A stretch of 64,000 bases of DNA from IMG/VR virus record IMGVR_UViG_3300044728_000147, positions 352-64,351 of that record. One strand, written 5' to 3'. The notes under the pieces were generated by a model that was not told where the DNA came from, did not search any database, and saw only the letters and a list, made by a program, of their open reading frames with translations. Shown here piece after piece: positions 44,730 to 54,195 of the stretch. A program made the translations under genes and the position numbers. This DNA is from a virus. Position 1 is the first letter of the stretch, and every line of letters starts with the position of its first letter.

Positions 44730-46637
44730 ATGGCAGCGTACTTCCTAAGAACCGGAGGGATGGCCATTACGTCCCTTGAAGTCTTCCCGGAACCAACTTG
44801 CCTCACTGTCGGCACCGATCCGACCGATAACAACCTGTCCGGAACTTGGGTGTGGGAGCTAGACGGCAACGGCTACGAATCGTTCGATCGATTCCCCGGA
44901 CACTCCGGATTCTGGATCCCGCAGTGGACCGACCCGCGAACAAAGACGGTCTACACGCAGAGGAACGCTGAGTTCGCCAAGGCTACGGCTCTCTGGACGT
45001 GGGTCCCCGAAGGTGGCTGCACTCTTACAGTAGAGTTCTGGGGTGCTGAGGGTCAGGGTCCTGACACCTACAGAGGACTCGGAGGCTACATCAAGGCCGA
45101 GATTGCTATTGATTCTACGTGGGCGGGCCAACGTCTTTATTTCAGAATAGGAGAGAAACCAGAGACTAGAGCGTTGTATGGTTCTACCAGCCGACCAACC
45201 CCGTACGGTGGCGGTACGGGAGGTCCTGGAGGTCTTTGGACAAACGCCTTCAGCGTTGTATCATCCCCCGGATACTCAGGTGGTGGTGGGACACACGTCA
45301 CCATCACCAGCAAGGTCAACAACACAACCGAAATTCCACTCGTAGCAGCCGGTGGTGGAGGCGCTGCCGGTGACGATACCGTAAACACGCCCACCAAGGG
45401 TGGGGACGGGGCTTACCCGACCGGCCAGGCAGGGGCGCAGAACTCCCCAAGCGCTGGTGGCCAGGGTGGCGACCAAACGAATGATGGGGCGGGCGGCACT
45501 AGTATAGACGGACTAGCTGGACACACCACAACTTTTCCCAACTTCAGCGGATGGAACGGTGGAGGTGGAGGTGGATGGCGAGGTGGTCGAGGGGGTGGCA
45601 ATCCTCCAGGGTCCAACACCGGTAACGCTGGCGGTGGGGGTTCGTCCGGGTTCACGACCAACGGTGCACACCCAACCGTAACACTCATTGATTCGACCGA
45701 TGGTGTGCAAACAGGTCACGGGAAACTCAAAGTAACAATGAGCACTACTACCTCTCGATTTATTCCAAAGAGAACTCATCTCACCATTGGTTTTGTTGAA
45801 ACACACGCGGGATCTTTAGCCTACAAGAGTATTTATGGGGCCGATGGTGGTGGGTATCCAATATTCTGGTTACCCGACAATATGACAAAAAAGGTTCGAA
45901 TAAGGGCATTAGGTGAGCCGGGTGGGCCAGAGTTCCTAACTGGCACTCCAAAGACAAAGACCGGAAAGGCTGGTTATTTGGTTGGGGATGTTCCCGCTTC
46001 CTCGTTCCCGCTTCATTTCCGGGTCGGGGGTCGCGGATTTAGTTCGTACGTGCAGGGGGGAGGTGCTTTGATTGCACAAGCCGCACCGTGGGGATTCACA
46101 GCCCCTCTTGGCGCCGCCGATATCACCTGGCCGTACGGAATACCTGCCAGTCCGTACGTTGCTTCCGGATTTACAGATATGAGTAACAAACTGCTCGTGG
46201 CCGGTGCTGGTGGTGGGTCATCGTCCAACGACAACGGGGACAGAATTCATAGCGTAAATGACCCAGAGGATTGGGAAGGTGGCGATTCTTGTTGGGGCCA
46301 GGCCGAAGACGGCCAGACACTGACTGGACTACCCGCTCGAATCGCCGGTACGGCCGGAACCCCAACCACCAACGGCGCCAACGGCGTAGCGGGCGGCAAC
46401 CTACAACCTGACGACGTCTTTCCTGGGCTTGCCAGTGGATTGTGGGCCGGTGGTGGTGGTGGTGGCTGGAAGTCCGGAGGTGGTGGGCAAGGGGGATCGA
46501 CCGCTGTTGGTCAGAACAGGGGCGCCCCCGGTGCCGGTGGTGTATCGTGGGCAGCAACGCCTACCACCTTCAAATACTTCACAGTACATAGTAATCGTAC
46601 CGATCCGGCCTCTGTCATATTCCAGTTCCTACCGTAA
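44730..46637 (+). CDS. Glycine-rich tail fibre/receptor-binding protein (two Gly-rich modules)
   Basis: W.VP.G...L.VE.WGA.G, LVAAGGGG, GGGGGW.GG.GG repeated twice. Confidence 0.75.
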   Translation: MAAYFLRTGGMAITSLEVFPEPTCLTVGTDPTDNNLSGTWVWELDGNGYESFDRFPGHSGFWIPQWTDPRTKTVYTQRNAEFAKATALWTWVPEGGCTLTVEFWGAEGQGPDTYRGLGGYIKAEIAIDSTWAGQRLYFRIGEKPETRALYGSTSRPTPYGGGTGGPGGLWTNAFSVVSSPGYSGGGGTHVTITSKVNNTTEIPLVAAGGGGAAGDDTVNTPTKGGDGAYPTGQAGAQNSPSAGGQGGDQTNDGAGGTSIDGLAGHTTTFPNFSGWNGGGGGGWRGGRGGGNPPGSNTGNAGGGGSSGFTTNGAHPTVTLIDSTDGVQTGHGKLKVTMSTTTSRFIPKRTHLTIGFVETHAGSLAYKSIYGADGGGYPIFWLPDNMTKKVRIRALGEPGGPEFLTGTPKTKTGKAGYLVGDVPASSFPLHFRVGGRGFSSYVQGGGALIAQAAPWGFTAPLGAADITWPYGIPASPYVASGFTDMSNKLLVAGAGGGSSSNDNGDRIHSVNDPEDWEGGDSCWGQAEDGQTLTGLPARIAGTAGTPTTNGANGVAGGNLQPDDVFPGLASGLWAGGGGGGWKSGGGGQGGSTAVGQNRGAPGAGGVSWAATPTTFKYFTVHSNRTDPASVIFQFLP

Positions 46638-46650
46638 GTAGACTGAAGAT

Positions 46651-47112
46651 ATGCGTGAATGGTACTCGAAATTGACCGGAGTCGCTAAGGCGGCAATTGC
46701 AACTATCACAGCGAGCGTATTGGCGCTTATTCTGTGGCCTACGATGGCCTTTGCTCAGGAAACTGGCGGAACAGCCGGTGGGGATGATTTCTTGACCCTA
46801 GCTCCCAGCACAGTGCAGATCGTTGTAGCTTTCCTCATCCCGTTTGCTGTCGGCCTGCTTTCCAAGGCGACTTGGCCCGGCTACATCAAGGGTGGGATCT
46901 CAATCGTCCTCAACTTCGCCAACGCCGCTATTGTGGCGGCAACTCTCGTAGATGGCGGGGCCGCTTGGTCCGAGACCACGTTGCGTAACGCCCTAATTGG
47001 CCTCGCTGTATCGCTGGCCTCGTTCTACAACGTGTTCAAGCCTGCCAACCTGGTTTCCGGCTTCCAGCCGAACGGCACGCCTGGCAAGCTGAACAACGTC
47101 CTGGTCAAGTAA
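46651..47112 (+). CDS. Holin-like membrane protein
   Basis: ..LIP..VGL.SK..W, several TMs, ..YN.FKP pattern. Confidence 0.65.
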   Translation: MREWYSKLTGVAKAAIATITASVLALILWPTMAFAQETGGTAGGDDFLTLAPSTVQIVVAFLIPFAVGLLSKATWPGYIKGGISIVLNFANAAIVAATLVDGGAAWSETTLRNALIGLAVSLASFYNVFKPANLVSGFQPNGTPGKLNNVLVK

Positions 47113-47596
47113 ACCACGATATAGCCACAAGCGCCCTTTCATTGTTGGCGGCATAGTTCACACAGTGAGCGGTACCCCCGTCAGGAGAGCCGGTGTCAAG
47201 GAACCATAGCTCTTCACTGTCGTCTACCATATCCTCGTTCCGTTTGAAGTTGGAGTGGTAATTGGTACCAGGTACGTAGATGCCCTTGAGGACGCTGAAT
47301 TGTCGATAGGCAGCTTGGCTCTCTAAGTCGTTGAATTCGTCAAGCCGATCACGACCAGTGACGGAATTACGCCCCCAATAGTAGGCACCGTAGGTGGGGT
47401 TCGATACATATGCCCAAAAGGGAATATGTGAGCGGATCGCCGCCTTTGCTATAGCCTCGTCAAACCCCTCTGCCATGCCAGAAATAACGAACGCTGGCTG
47501 GCGCTTTTCCATGAGAGAGACAAGGTCATCAATGATCCTGTCTAATGCCTCAGGATCAGTCGCCAACCGGCGCGTTCCAGACCCAGCTACGATCAT
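47105..47596 (-). CDS. SLOG/YspA-like protein
   Basis: ISGMAEGFD, RNEDMVD, GGTAHCVNYA. Confidence 0.8.
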   Translation of the reverse strand: MIVAGSGTRRLATDPEALDRIIDDLVSLMEKRQPAFVISGMAEGFDEAIAKAAIRSHIPFWAYVSNPTYGAYYWGRNSVTGRDRLDEFNDLESQAAYRQFSVLKGIYVPGTNYHSNFKRNEDMVDDSEELWFLDTGSPDGGTAHCVNYAANNERALVAISWFT

Positions 47597-48294
47597 CGCA
47601 GGCCGGGGGGTAGGTTGACGCCTGCCTGACGACCACTGCCCGGTAGAGCTACCGAAGGGGTCGGAGCCGAGACTGCTTCCTGCTCCGAATCTTCAGCTTC
47701 AGCCTCAGCCTCAGCCTCAGCCTCAGCCTCCTGCTCTGTGCCCTCTTCGGTCTCTGGACCCTTGTTCTTATTCACCGTGATGTCTGCCCTCAACGGCTTA
47801 TTTGTGGTCTGAGCCTTCGGGGGAGCAATCGACATCAAAGGCTCCTGGCCGTGGTATCGGTTTAGATACCGCAGACCGGTCCTGTCGTTGTCGGTTCCCC
47901 AGACGCGAGTAGCGAGAATGAACTCAGCGCCTTCGAACGACTTGGCGAACGCCTCGTCTGAGCTACGGTCAACCGTCTTGAGGTCGACACCGGACTCACC
48001 GATGAAGCGAGCGAACTTCTCGTCGTTGATCCGGTTTCCACCATCCCGATTGAAGTACTCGGTGAACTTTCGACCAGTCCATTCGTCGTCACCGAGAACC
48101 TCGAACGTGAAAGCGTACTGCTGCTTTCCAGCATTGGACGTGCGCCACTCACCACGAGAAACGACAGCGTGATACTGCCTAGTGGTCGACAACGGAGGAC
48201 CGTCGAATCCACCAAAGGTCGACTTGCCCTCAAGCAGGTCCTTTGTGACCTGGTTCTTTTCGAGTCCGGTTAGGAAATCTCCTAGGTTCGGCAT
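47593..48294 (-). CDS. ssDNA-binding protein (DUF669-like)
   Basis: OB-like TSNAGK...FEV..GRK; acidic AE repeat tail; next to Sak4-like ATPase. Confidence 0.6.
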   Translation of the reverse strand: MPNLGDFLTGLEKNQVTKDLLEGKSTFGGFDGPPLSTTRQYHAVVSRGEWRTSNAGKQQYAFTFEVLGDDEWTGRKFTEYFNRDGGNRINDEKFARFIGESGVDLKTVDRSSDEAFAKSFEGAEFILATRVWGTDNDRTGLRYLNRYHGQEPLMSIAPPKAQTTNKPLRADITVNKNKGPETEEGTEQEAEAEAEAEAEAEDSEQEAVSAPTPSVALPGSGRQAGVNLPPGLR

Positions 48295-48314
48295 GTTAGT
48301 GTGTCATTCCTCCT

Positions 48315-49040
48315 TTATTGGTTTAGCTCTTTGTCAATGATCGACAGCCACTCTGTGAAATTGGCGTCCTGGACGACCATACCGTACTTGTCCGTTAGGA
48401 AAGCGGTGCGGTCCTTTGCGATGATGTTTCTGGCCGGTGCAATCAGCATGTTGTGAGTGATCACACCGGTCGCTGAGTCGGTGTACAAGTACCCAACCAC
48501 GTCTACGAATGCTGGCAGGTTCAATTCGATCTGCCCCTTGAGGAACGGTCGAAGCTCGCCGTCCCGCTGATGCGACAGACACAACAGTACTACCGCTTCC
48601 AGCGGCTTGCTCGGAATGAACGTAAGATCCCGCAACTTCCTCACGAAATCTTCCAGGTTGCGCCCGACCGTGCCCCACTCCTGTAGGGTCGGCTGGTCAA
48701 TACCGGCCACGTCATCGATCAAGCGCTTCTGGGCCTCGGTCAGAGAGTCGACCACGAGGGATCGGAACGGATGGTTGCCGGTAGCGAGAACCTCGTAGGC
48801 AGCGTAGACTGTTGCCCAGTCGGACGCTCTCACGAAACAGGCATCCCAATCGTCATCCCATTCCGGTACCGGCTCGGTCAGCGGGTCCCAGAACCTCTTG
48901 CGCCGGTTGGCCCGGATGAACCGCGAACCGCCCTCGCACTCAAGGATCAGTCTCGGGGCCGGGGTTGTGCCGCCGAAGTAGCTCTTACCCGAACCAGACT
49001 CGCCATGTACTACGGCAGCTAGCGTTGTTGTCTCTGTCAC
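48315..49040 (-). CDS. AAA_24 / Sak4-like ATPase
   Basis: HGESGSGKS, EGG, VVDSLTE, DVVGYL, AKDR. Confidence 0.85.
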   Translation of the reverse strand: MTETTTLAAVVHGESGSGKSYFGGTTPAPRLILECEGGSRFIRANRRKRFWDPLTEPVPEWDDDWDACFVRASDWATVYAAYEVLATGNHPFRSLVVDSLTEAQKRLIDDVAGIDQPTLQEWGTVGRNLEDFVRKLRDLTFIPSKPLEAVVLLCLSHQRDGELRPFLKGQIELNLPAFVDVVGYLYTDSATGVITHNMLIAPARNIIAKDRTAFLTDKYGMVVQDANFTEWLSIIDKELNQ

Positions 49041-49106
49041 TTTCGTTGTTGCCTCCTAAAGGTCACTCGCCCACCGTAGCAGCGGACTCGGGTTGTTGTT
49101 CTAGAC

Positions 49107-50042
49107 TCAATCGATCCTCTCTAGTTCAACTTCGTAATTGTTCTGGATGATCCAGTCGACGTCGTTCCTCGGGTCGTTCATTGCGCCGCACAAACTGAAG
49201 TACGGGCACTTCCAGGAGCAGTCTCGGGTGGGTGTCGGATAAGCCACAATGTGGTGCGCTTCTCCATCATTAAGTCTACCCTCTAAAGTGAGCATGTCCT
49301 GAATTTGCCCGTGCAATTGGGCGTAGAACTGCCTCAACATATCGGGGTTTATGGCAAGTTCGTAGCGCTGATACAGCGGTGGCTTGGCCTTAGCCGAGTG
49401 CTTGTTTCTCTTCAGCATATTCCACACAACTCGAAACCCTCGATCGTTGTCCGGCTCGGCCATCTTCAGCAGGGCCGCATAAAGTGGGCCTTGCTCGTTC
49501 ATGTGAAGTGTCTTGATCGTGTCATCGATCGAGGCCACGACCTTAGTGTCGACCACGAGCAAGTCACCGCTCGGTATGTGCGTACCTCGGAGATCGACGT
49601 AGCCCTTGATCTCGGTATCGAGCGGACCGATCACCTGCAACTTCTCTTCGGTTCCCTCGACTCGCCAATGGTCGTCAGCGCCGGTCTCGATCAACCACTC
49701 GAAGTAGCCCTCGGCCACGATGGCTGCGACTTCGTGGATCTCTTCGGTGTCTTTCGTACCCTGATCGTCACCGGCCACTCGCGCCAAGTCGGAGTCACGC
49801 CGTAGCTCTAGAGCGTTCAAAGCTGCCTCTAGGGCGTCGTCGTAATTGTGGACCCCGCCTAGAACGTAGAACGTATGGAGTGCATCGTGAACAGCGCTGC
49901 CGGTATCGGCAGCGATGCGAGGAGCCTGGTACTTTCGGCGCAGCTTGAGGTAATACTGCAAGAACCATCGACGGCGACAAGTCTTGAACGTGTCCATCTC
50001 GGAGTGAGATACGACGAATTTCCCATTGGATCGACGTGCCAT
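49107..50042 (-). CDS. Cas4/RecB-like PD-(D/E)XK exonuclease
   Basis: SHS...F.TCRR.W, G..VH.AL, GYVD, VVDTK, C.WKCPY..LC. Confidence 0.85.
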   Translation of the reverse strand: MARRSNGKFVVSHSEMDTFKTCRRRWFLQYYLKLRRKYQAPRIAADTGSAVHDALHTFYVLGGVHNYDDALEAALNALELRRDSDLARVAGDDQGTKDTEEIHEVAAIVAEGYFEWLIETGADDHWRVEGTEEKLQVIGPLDTEIKGYVDLRGTHIPSGDLLVVDTKVVASIDDTIKTLHMNEQGPLYAALLKMAEPDNDRGFRVVWNMLKRNKHSAKAKPPLYQRYELAINPDMLRQFYAQLHGQIQDMLTLEGRLNDGEAHHIVAYPTPTRDCSWKCPYFSLCGAMNDPRNDVDWIIQNNYEVELERID

Positions 50043-50057
50043 TTGGTTAAACGTACC

Positions 50058-51845
50058 TCATGATAAAGCGTTTGGACTTATTGAGTCGTCTCGGATGCCT
50101 TCCTTCTCGGCCAGCATGTCGTACTGGTCCTCTTCTATTGTGCCCCTGGTGATCAGATTGACGTGCAGAATCTCTTCGTGGATCTCACTGCCGATTCTCA
50201 GGTTGCGATACTTCGACTGCCAGTTCTGAATTGACGAGAAAGCCCGCTGACAATAGATCGCTACCGGTGGGCGCGTGATCGTCAAGCCCTCGGAACCGGC
50301 CGCAACGTTGATCAGAATGAGATCGACCGTTCCGTCCTGGATCTGTTGGACCGCCTCGTCCCGTTGCTTAGGTGTTCTAGTCCCGTCGATATACGTGTAA
50401 GAGTATCCAGCTTTATCAAGCTGGCTACGAGCCAAGTCCATGAACTTTCGACTGTGGAACCATACGATTACAGGCGTCCCTTCGAAGTCCTCTAAGGTAT
50501 CGATCAAGAGATCAATCTTCGGGGACGGGAGAATCGGAGTCACCTCGTACCGCGGCCCTCTTTCTTCGTCGTCTATAGGCTGACAGTCATCCAGTTCCTC
50601 GGCCTCAACCATCGAGTTAGCAAGCTGAAGTAGTCGCCCAGTTTTCACCATATGGTTCTCAGCAAACAAGACAGTAATATCGTCCTTGGCTCCAGGCACT
50701 TCCGACATAAGTTGAGCCTTCATCGTCTTGTAGGCGGTGAGATGCTTACCCTTCAGTTCGCAGTAGCGGTCCTCGGTCCGGAACGGTGGTAGTCCCTCCA
50801 TCATCTTGCGGCGCCAACGCCACTGAGTTACCTTCTCGTACTCTTCTCGGCGGTCCTCTCGGATCCCGTCGATCTCGATTCCTCCCCACCAATTCTCATG
50901 CGAGTCGAGCCAGCGATCCCGGTACTTCGTGCTGCTCGTGTACTCTTCCGGCTGGATGAAGTGGAGCAGCGCCCAGAACTCCAGTGGGTTGCCCTCGATC
51001 GGGGTACCGGTCATCCCCCACCGGTAGCGAGCGCTGTCCGATACGGCCCAGAGGGCGCGTGTCTGAACTGCTTTCGGGTTCTTCGCTCGGTGGACTTCAT
51101 CGGCACAGACTGTTGCCCACGGGATCTGATTTAATTCCTTGCGGGTGCGATGGTCTTCGGACAATTCTATGTTGCCGTACCCGGCCACCCGAGAGTGCTT
51201 GGAGACCATCCCGTAGCTCGTGATCATAACTCCGTTCTCGGCATCGAACCTGTCGAGCATCTTGCGGCGCTCGGCCGCTCCACCGTCAAGGATCGTGCTC
51301 TCTATACCGAAAACCTCAAGCTCTCGCTTCCACGAGTACAGGACAGACGCCGGACAGACGATGAGTGCCGGAAGTGTTGAGGGGTACAACGACAAAGTCG
51401 TTGCACCTTGCGTCATCTTTCCCATGCCCTGTTCATCCAGGAGCAGGAACCTCTCGGCCGTAGCCAGTAGCAACGAACCGGCCACCTGATAGCGCCGATC
51501 CAACACTTGACGGGCCGAAGGAAGCAGATCGTTGAACGACTTCAATAGTTCGTCAGTGACCACTGTCTCACCGTTGTCAGTCCGTAGGCCCATACACGGT
51601 TCCACTACCGTCTCCCAGTAGTTGTTAGCCCACTCCATGAGTGAATCGCTGAATACAACAGCGTCCCCGAATGTGTAGCGCAGGCAGAGCAAGCTCGTCC
51701 ACGACATCGGCAATGTCCAGTAATCGCGCCCACCGCCGACAAACTTGTTGCCCGGCATTAGCATCATATGATCCGACACGGCGTTCGAGTGCGGGACAGC
51801 GATCTTGCCCAATGCTATCGTGACTTTGATCTCGGGGAACTCCAT
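50058..51845 (-). CDS. SNF2-family helicase
   Basis: DEQGMGKM, DEVHRAKN, MTGTP, EGLT, R..RIG. Confidence 0.9.
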   Translation of the reverse strand: MEFPEIKVTIALGKIAVPHSNAVSDHMMLMPGNKFVGGGRDYWTLPMSWTSLLCLRYTFGDAVVFSDSLMEWANNYWETVVEPCMGLRTDNGETVVTDELLKSFNDLLPSARQVLDRRYQVAGSLLLATAERFLLLDEQGMGKMTQGATTLSLYPSTLPALIVCPASVLYSWKRELEVFGIESTILDGGAAERRKMLDRFDAENGVMITSYGMVSKHSRVAGYGNIELSEDHRTRKELNQIPWATVCADEVHRAKNPKAVQTRALWAVSDSARYRWGMTGTPIEGNPLEFWALLHFIQPEEYTSSTKYRDRWLDSHENWWGGIEIDGIREDRREEYEKVTQWRWRRKMMEGLPPFRTEDRYCELKGKHLTAYKTMKAQLMSEVPGAKDDITVLFAENHMVKTGRLLQLANSMVEAEELDDCQPIDDEERGPRYEVTPILPSPKIDLLIDTLEDFEGTPVIVWFHSRKFMDLARSQLDKAGYSYTYIDGTRTPKQRDEAVQQIQDGTVDLILINVAAGSEGLTITRPPVAIYCQRAFSSIQNWQSKYRNLRIGSEIHEEILHVNLITRGTIEEDQYDMLAEKEGIRDDSISPNALS

Positions 51846-51849
51846 CAGA

Positions 51850-52161
51850 TCATCCAGCCCAGTCGTCATCATCGAGATCCTCGTCATCGAAATCAGCGTT
51901 CGGTTCACCGGCCAACTGGTTCCCGACGCGTCGTACCACGGTCAACAGGATCGTGGCGCTCAAACCATCGATGTTCGATATGACGGCGAGCGTGTTGTCG
52001 GTCGGGAGGTGGTGAAACACCAACGATTCTGAGTACAGATCGTCCTCGACACTCTCGATCGTAACGCCAAGAGAGGCACACAGGATAGCCAGCGATAGGT
52101 ACGCCAGCGGTGCGGGTCCAAGTCCTACTTCGTCTAATTCATCTAGGTCTATCGAGATCAT
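51850..52161 (-). CDS. Hypothetical acidic protein
   Basis: Coupled ORF in the minus-strand operon. Confidence 0.6.
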   Translation of the reverse strand: MISIDLDELDEVGLGPAPLAYLSLAILCASLGVTIESVEDDLYSESLVFHHLPTDNTLAVISNIDGLSATILLTVVRRVGNQLAGEPNADFDDEDLDDDDWAG

Positions 52162-52580
52162 AGAATGAAATCCCCTGCCTGTCTAAGGCCTCCTTTCACT
52201 AGGGTCCAGGCGAGATGCCTGGCTGCGTCGTTAGCGTGCTGCTTGCCTGGTGTGTGTAGCCCACCCTTTTTCAGCGATGCATCCGGGAACGAACGCATAA
52301 CGTCGGCTGGCTGCGACCACCCTACCGGGAAGTCACACCTCCACGCACAGTACTTGAGATATCCGATCACGTCAAGAGGTGCTGACTCGCGAGCCTTCTT
52401 CAGGGTAGCGGCCGTGATCGTGAACTTCTCGATCTGAGCCTGCCCGATCAACTCACAGGCGCTGTCCACGTATTCGTACAAGCCGAATACGTCAAGCTGG
52501 TCGGCGTAGAACGTAGACGTGTCTGTCTCCCACACCGCTATGCCGGTGATCTTGCCAGGGTCGAAGGCGTAGATTCTCAT
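52158..52580 (-). CDS. RuvC-like Holliday junction resolvase
   Basis: AFDPGKITGIA, IE.F, HANDAARH. Confidence 0.8.
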   Translation of the reverse strand: MRIYAFDPGKITGIAVWETDTSTFYADQLDVFGLYEYVDSACELIGQAQIEKFTITAATLKKARESAPLDVIGYLKYCAWRCDFPVGWSQPADVMRSFPDASLKKGGLHTPGKQHANDAARHLAWTLVKGGLRQAGDFIL

Positions 52581-52840
52581 AGCAATGCACGAACAATAGA
52601 CTGAAAACATCGATCACAAATAGCCTCATTGGGCTTGAGTAGATACCGTTTGTAATTCATAGTTGTAACCTGCTCCATGATCCATTTGAGATCATACGTG
52701 GTATAAGCAGGAGTGCTACAGCAGTCACATACTGGTAGTCCATCGGCCGTTCTGGCTGGTCCTTCAGTCATAGCTTTACCTTCCAGTGGCCAATTATCGT
52801 CCATAAATCGCTGCCTCGTCTGGTAGGTCCGGCATTTCAT
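52577..52840 (-). CDS. Small zinc-finger protein
   Basis: CDCC...CDRC. Confidence 0.5.
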   Translation of the reverse strand: MKCRTYQTRQRFMDDNWPLEGKAMTEGPARTADGLPVCDCCSTPAYTTYDLKWIMEQVTTMNYKRYLLKPNEAICDRCFQSIVRALL

Positions 52841-53048
52841 CTACGAGCTTGAAAGCCAGTGCCGGTGGCAGCTTATGGATCACCGCTCTCAAGCGCTCGA
52901 TCTCGGCTGCTGCCTCTCGCACAAGACGTGCATCGTCGCGAGCTTCTCGGCCACCGTTGTGATACCAATGACCGCTCGACTTGGCGGCGTATTCGGGCAT
53001 CCATCTATCGCCCCGTTTGCGTAGTCTTGTTACTAGATCAGTCATCAT
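52794..53048 (-). CDS. Hypothetical protein
   Basis: DLV.RLR...EAA.EIERLR, a common phage motif. Confidence 0.65.
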   Translation of the reverse strand: MMTDLVTRLRKRGDRWMPEYAAKSSGHWYHNGGREARDDARLVREAAAEIERLRAVIHKLPPALAFKLVDEMPDLPDEAAIYGR

Positions 53049-53733
53049 AGGTTGGGTACCTCCGAACGTCAATGATTGCCTCGGTCTCTACTCGTACTTC
53101 TCCGTTAGCACCATAACCGTTGCGCTGAGTCCCTACATGGTGGGTGCGGACCGTGCGAAAGCCCTCCTGCTCCAGGACCATGCGCCACCCCGCCACGACC
53201 GGCTCCCGCACCTCGTGTCCGTCCTTCGACCAGATGAAGTCGGAGACGTTCACCAGTGCCCGCTCACAGCCCGCCCAACAATGTACGGTGTCGATCGCCA
53301 GCTTCCAATACTCTTGGCGCTTACGGGACTGCGGCCCGGTCCCTCGGTACCCGTAGCGGCCCATGTTGTTCGGGTGAAGCTCGCGATCCTCACCCTCGAT
53401 CTCTTTGATCCACGCCCGGTACGTGTTGCGCTTGCTGTCGTCGTTGGCGTGCCACGAGTCTGCCATCCCGTTTGGGTAGGCCGGGGACGTAACGATATGG
53501 AACGACACGGGCGGGTAGGTCGTATAGTCGGTGGCGTCACCGTGCTTGATTCTCGGATCCACGATGAAGCTCGCTTCAATCTCGGTACCGGTGAGAATGA
53601 ACCCTAGGGAATCTGCAAGATTTCCTAGGCGTACGCCCGGACCAGCGAACGGATCGTGCTGAGGGTAGGTCGGATCGATCAGCATCTCAAACGCTGCGAT
53701 GATCTCCGGGCTGAACTGTGCACCGTGTGTCAT
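53038..53733 (-). CDS. DNA methyltransferase-like protein (N6A/N4C type)
   Basis: H.AQF, DPFAGPG SAM motif, G.EIE, VTSPAY. Confidence 0.7.
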   Translation of the reverse strand: MTHGAQFSPEIIAAFEMLIDPTYPQHDPFAGPGVRLGNLADSLGFILTGTEIEASFIVDPRIKHGDATDYTTYPPVSFHIVTSPAYPNGMADSWHANDDSKRNTYRAWIKEIEGEDRELHPNNMGRYGYRGTGPQSRKRQEYWKLAIDTVHCWAGCERALVNVSDFIWSKDGHEVREPVVAGWRMVLEQEGFRTVRTHHVGTQRNGYGANGEVRVETEAIIDVRRYPTYDD

Positions 53734-53930
53734 AGATTGTTCTCCACGCTCAATGTCAGATCATACGTGTTGTAGACGGCCTGTGACAGGTGCGTAGCCG
53801 GTTCACCGATCACAACAATCCCCATCGGCATCTCGGCCCGGACCGAATACTCTGCGCCGTCAAGCGTCGGCTGGACTGTCACGACCCAGCCTCGGTCTGT
53901 CATGTCTGTGATCATATTGACGTAGTTCAC
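53730..53930 (-). CDS. Hypothetical protein
   Basis: Coupled overlaps at both ends. Confidence 0.55.
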   Translation of the reverse strand: MNYVNMITDMTDRGWVVTVQPTLDGAEYSVRAEMPMGIVVIGEPATHLSQAVYNTYDLTLSVENNL

Positions 53931-54193
53931 TCGTCTTCCTCGTCCTCGGGAAACACAGCTTCCCAGCCATCCTCACTCGTGATCGATTCAGTGAACGCTT
54001 TGCTGTAAGCCAGAATGAGAGCGTCAAATTGATCTTCACTCTTTCCAATATGAATGGAACCGCCCCGCTTCACACGAACGTGCCATTCTGAGCCTGCATC
54101 GAGAAGGCAGCGACGGTACTTAACTCTCCAGTTGTTGAGAGCAAGAGCCTCAATCACCGCTTCCTGTGTTCCGTAGTAATCTCTGAGGCTCAT
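53927..54193 (-). CDS. Hypothetical protein
   Basis: ATG directly after polymerase stop. Confidence 0.55.
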   Translation of the reverse strand: MSLRDYYGTQEAVIEALALNNWRVKYRRCLLDAGSEWHVRVKRGGSIHIGKSEDQFDALILAYSKAFTESITSEDGWEAVFPEDEEDE

Positions 54194-54195
54194 TG

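Noticed and set aside
47692..47730. TCAGCC tandem repeat (similarly GGTTCG near 62000 and Thr codon runs near 5940-6110)
   Set aside because: Low-complexity coding repeats (AE, PE, poly-T), not CRISPR or regulatory arrays
49107..50042. Cas4-like gene as evidence of CRISPR
   Set aside because: Stand-alone recombination exonuclease beside Sak4/SSB; no repeat-spacer array seen
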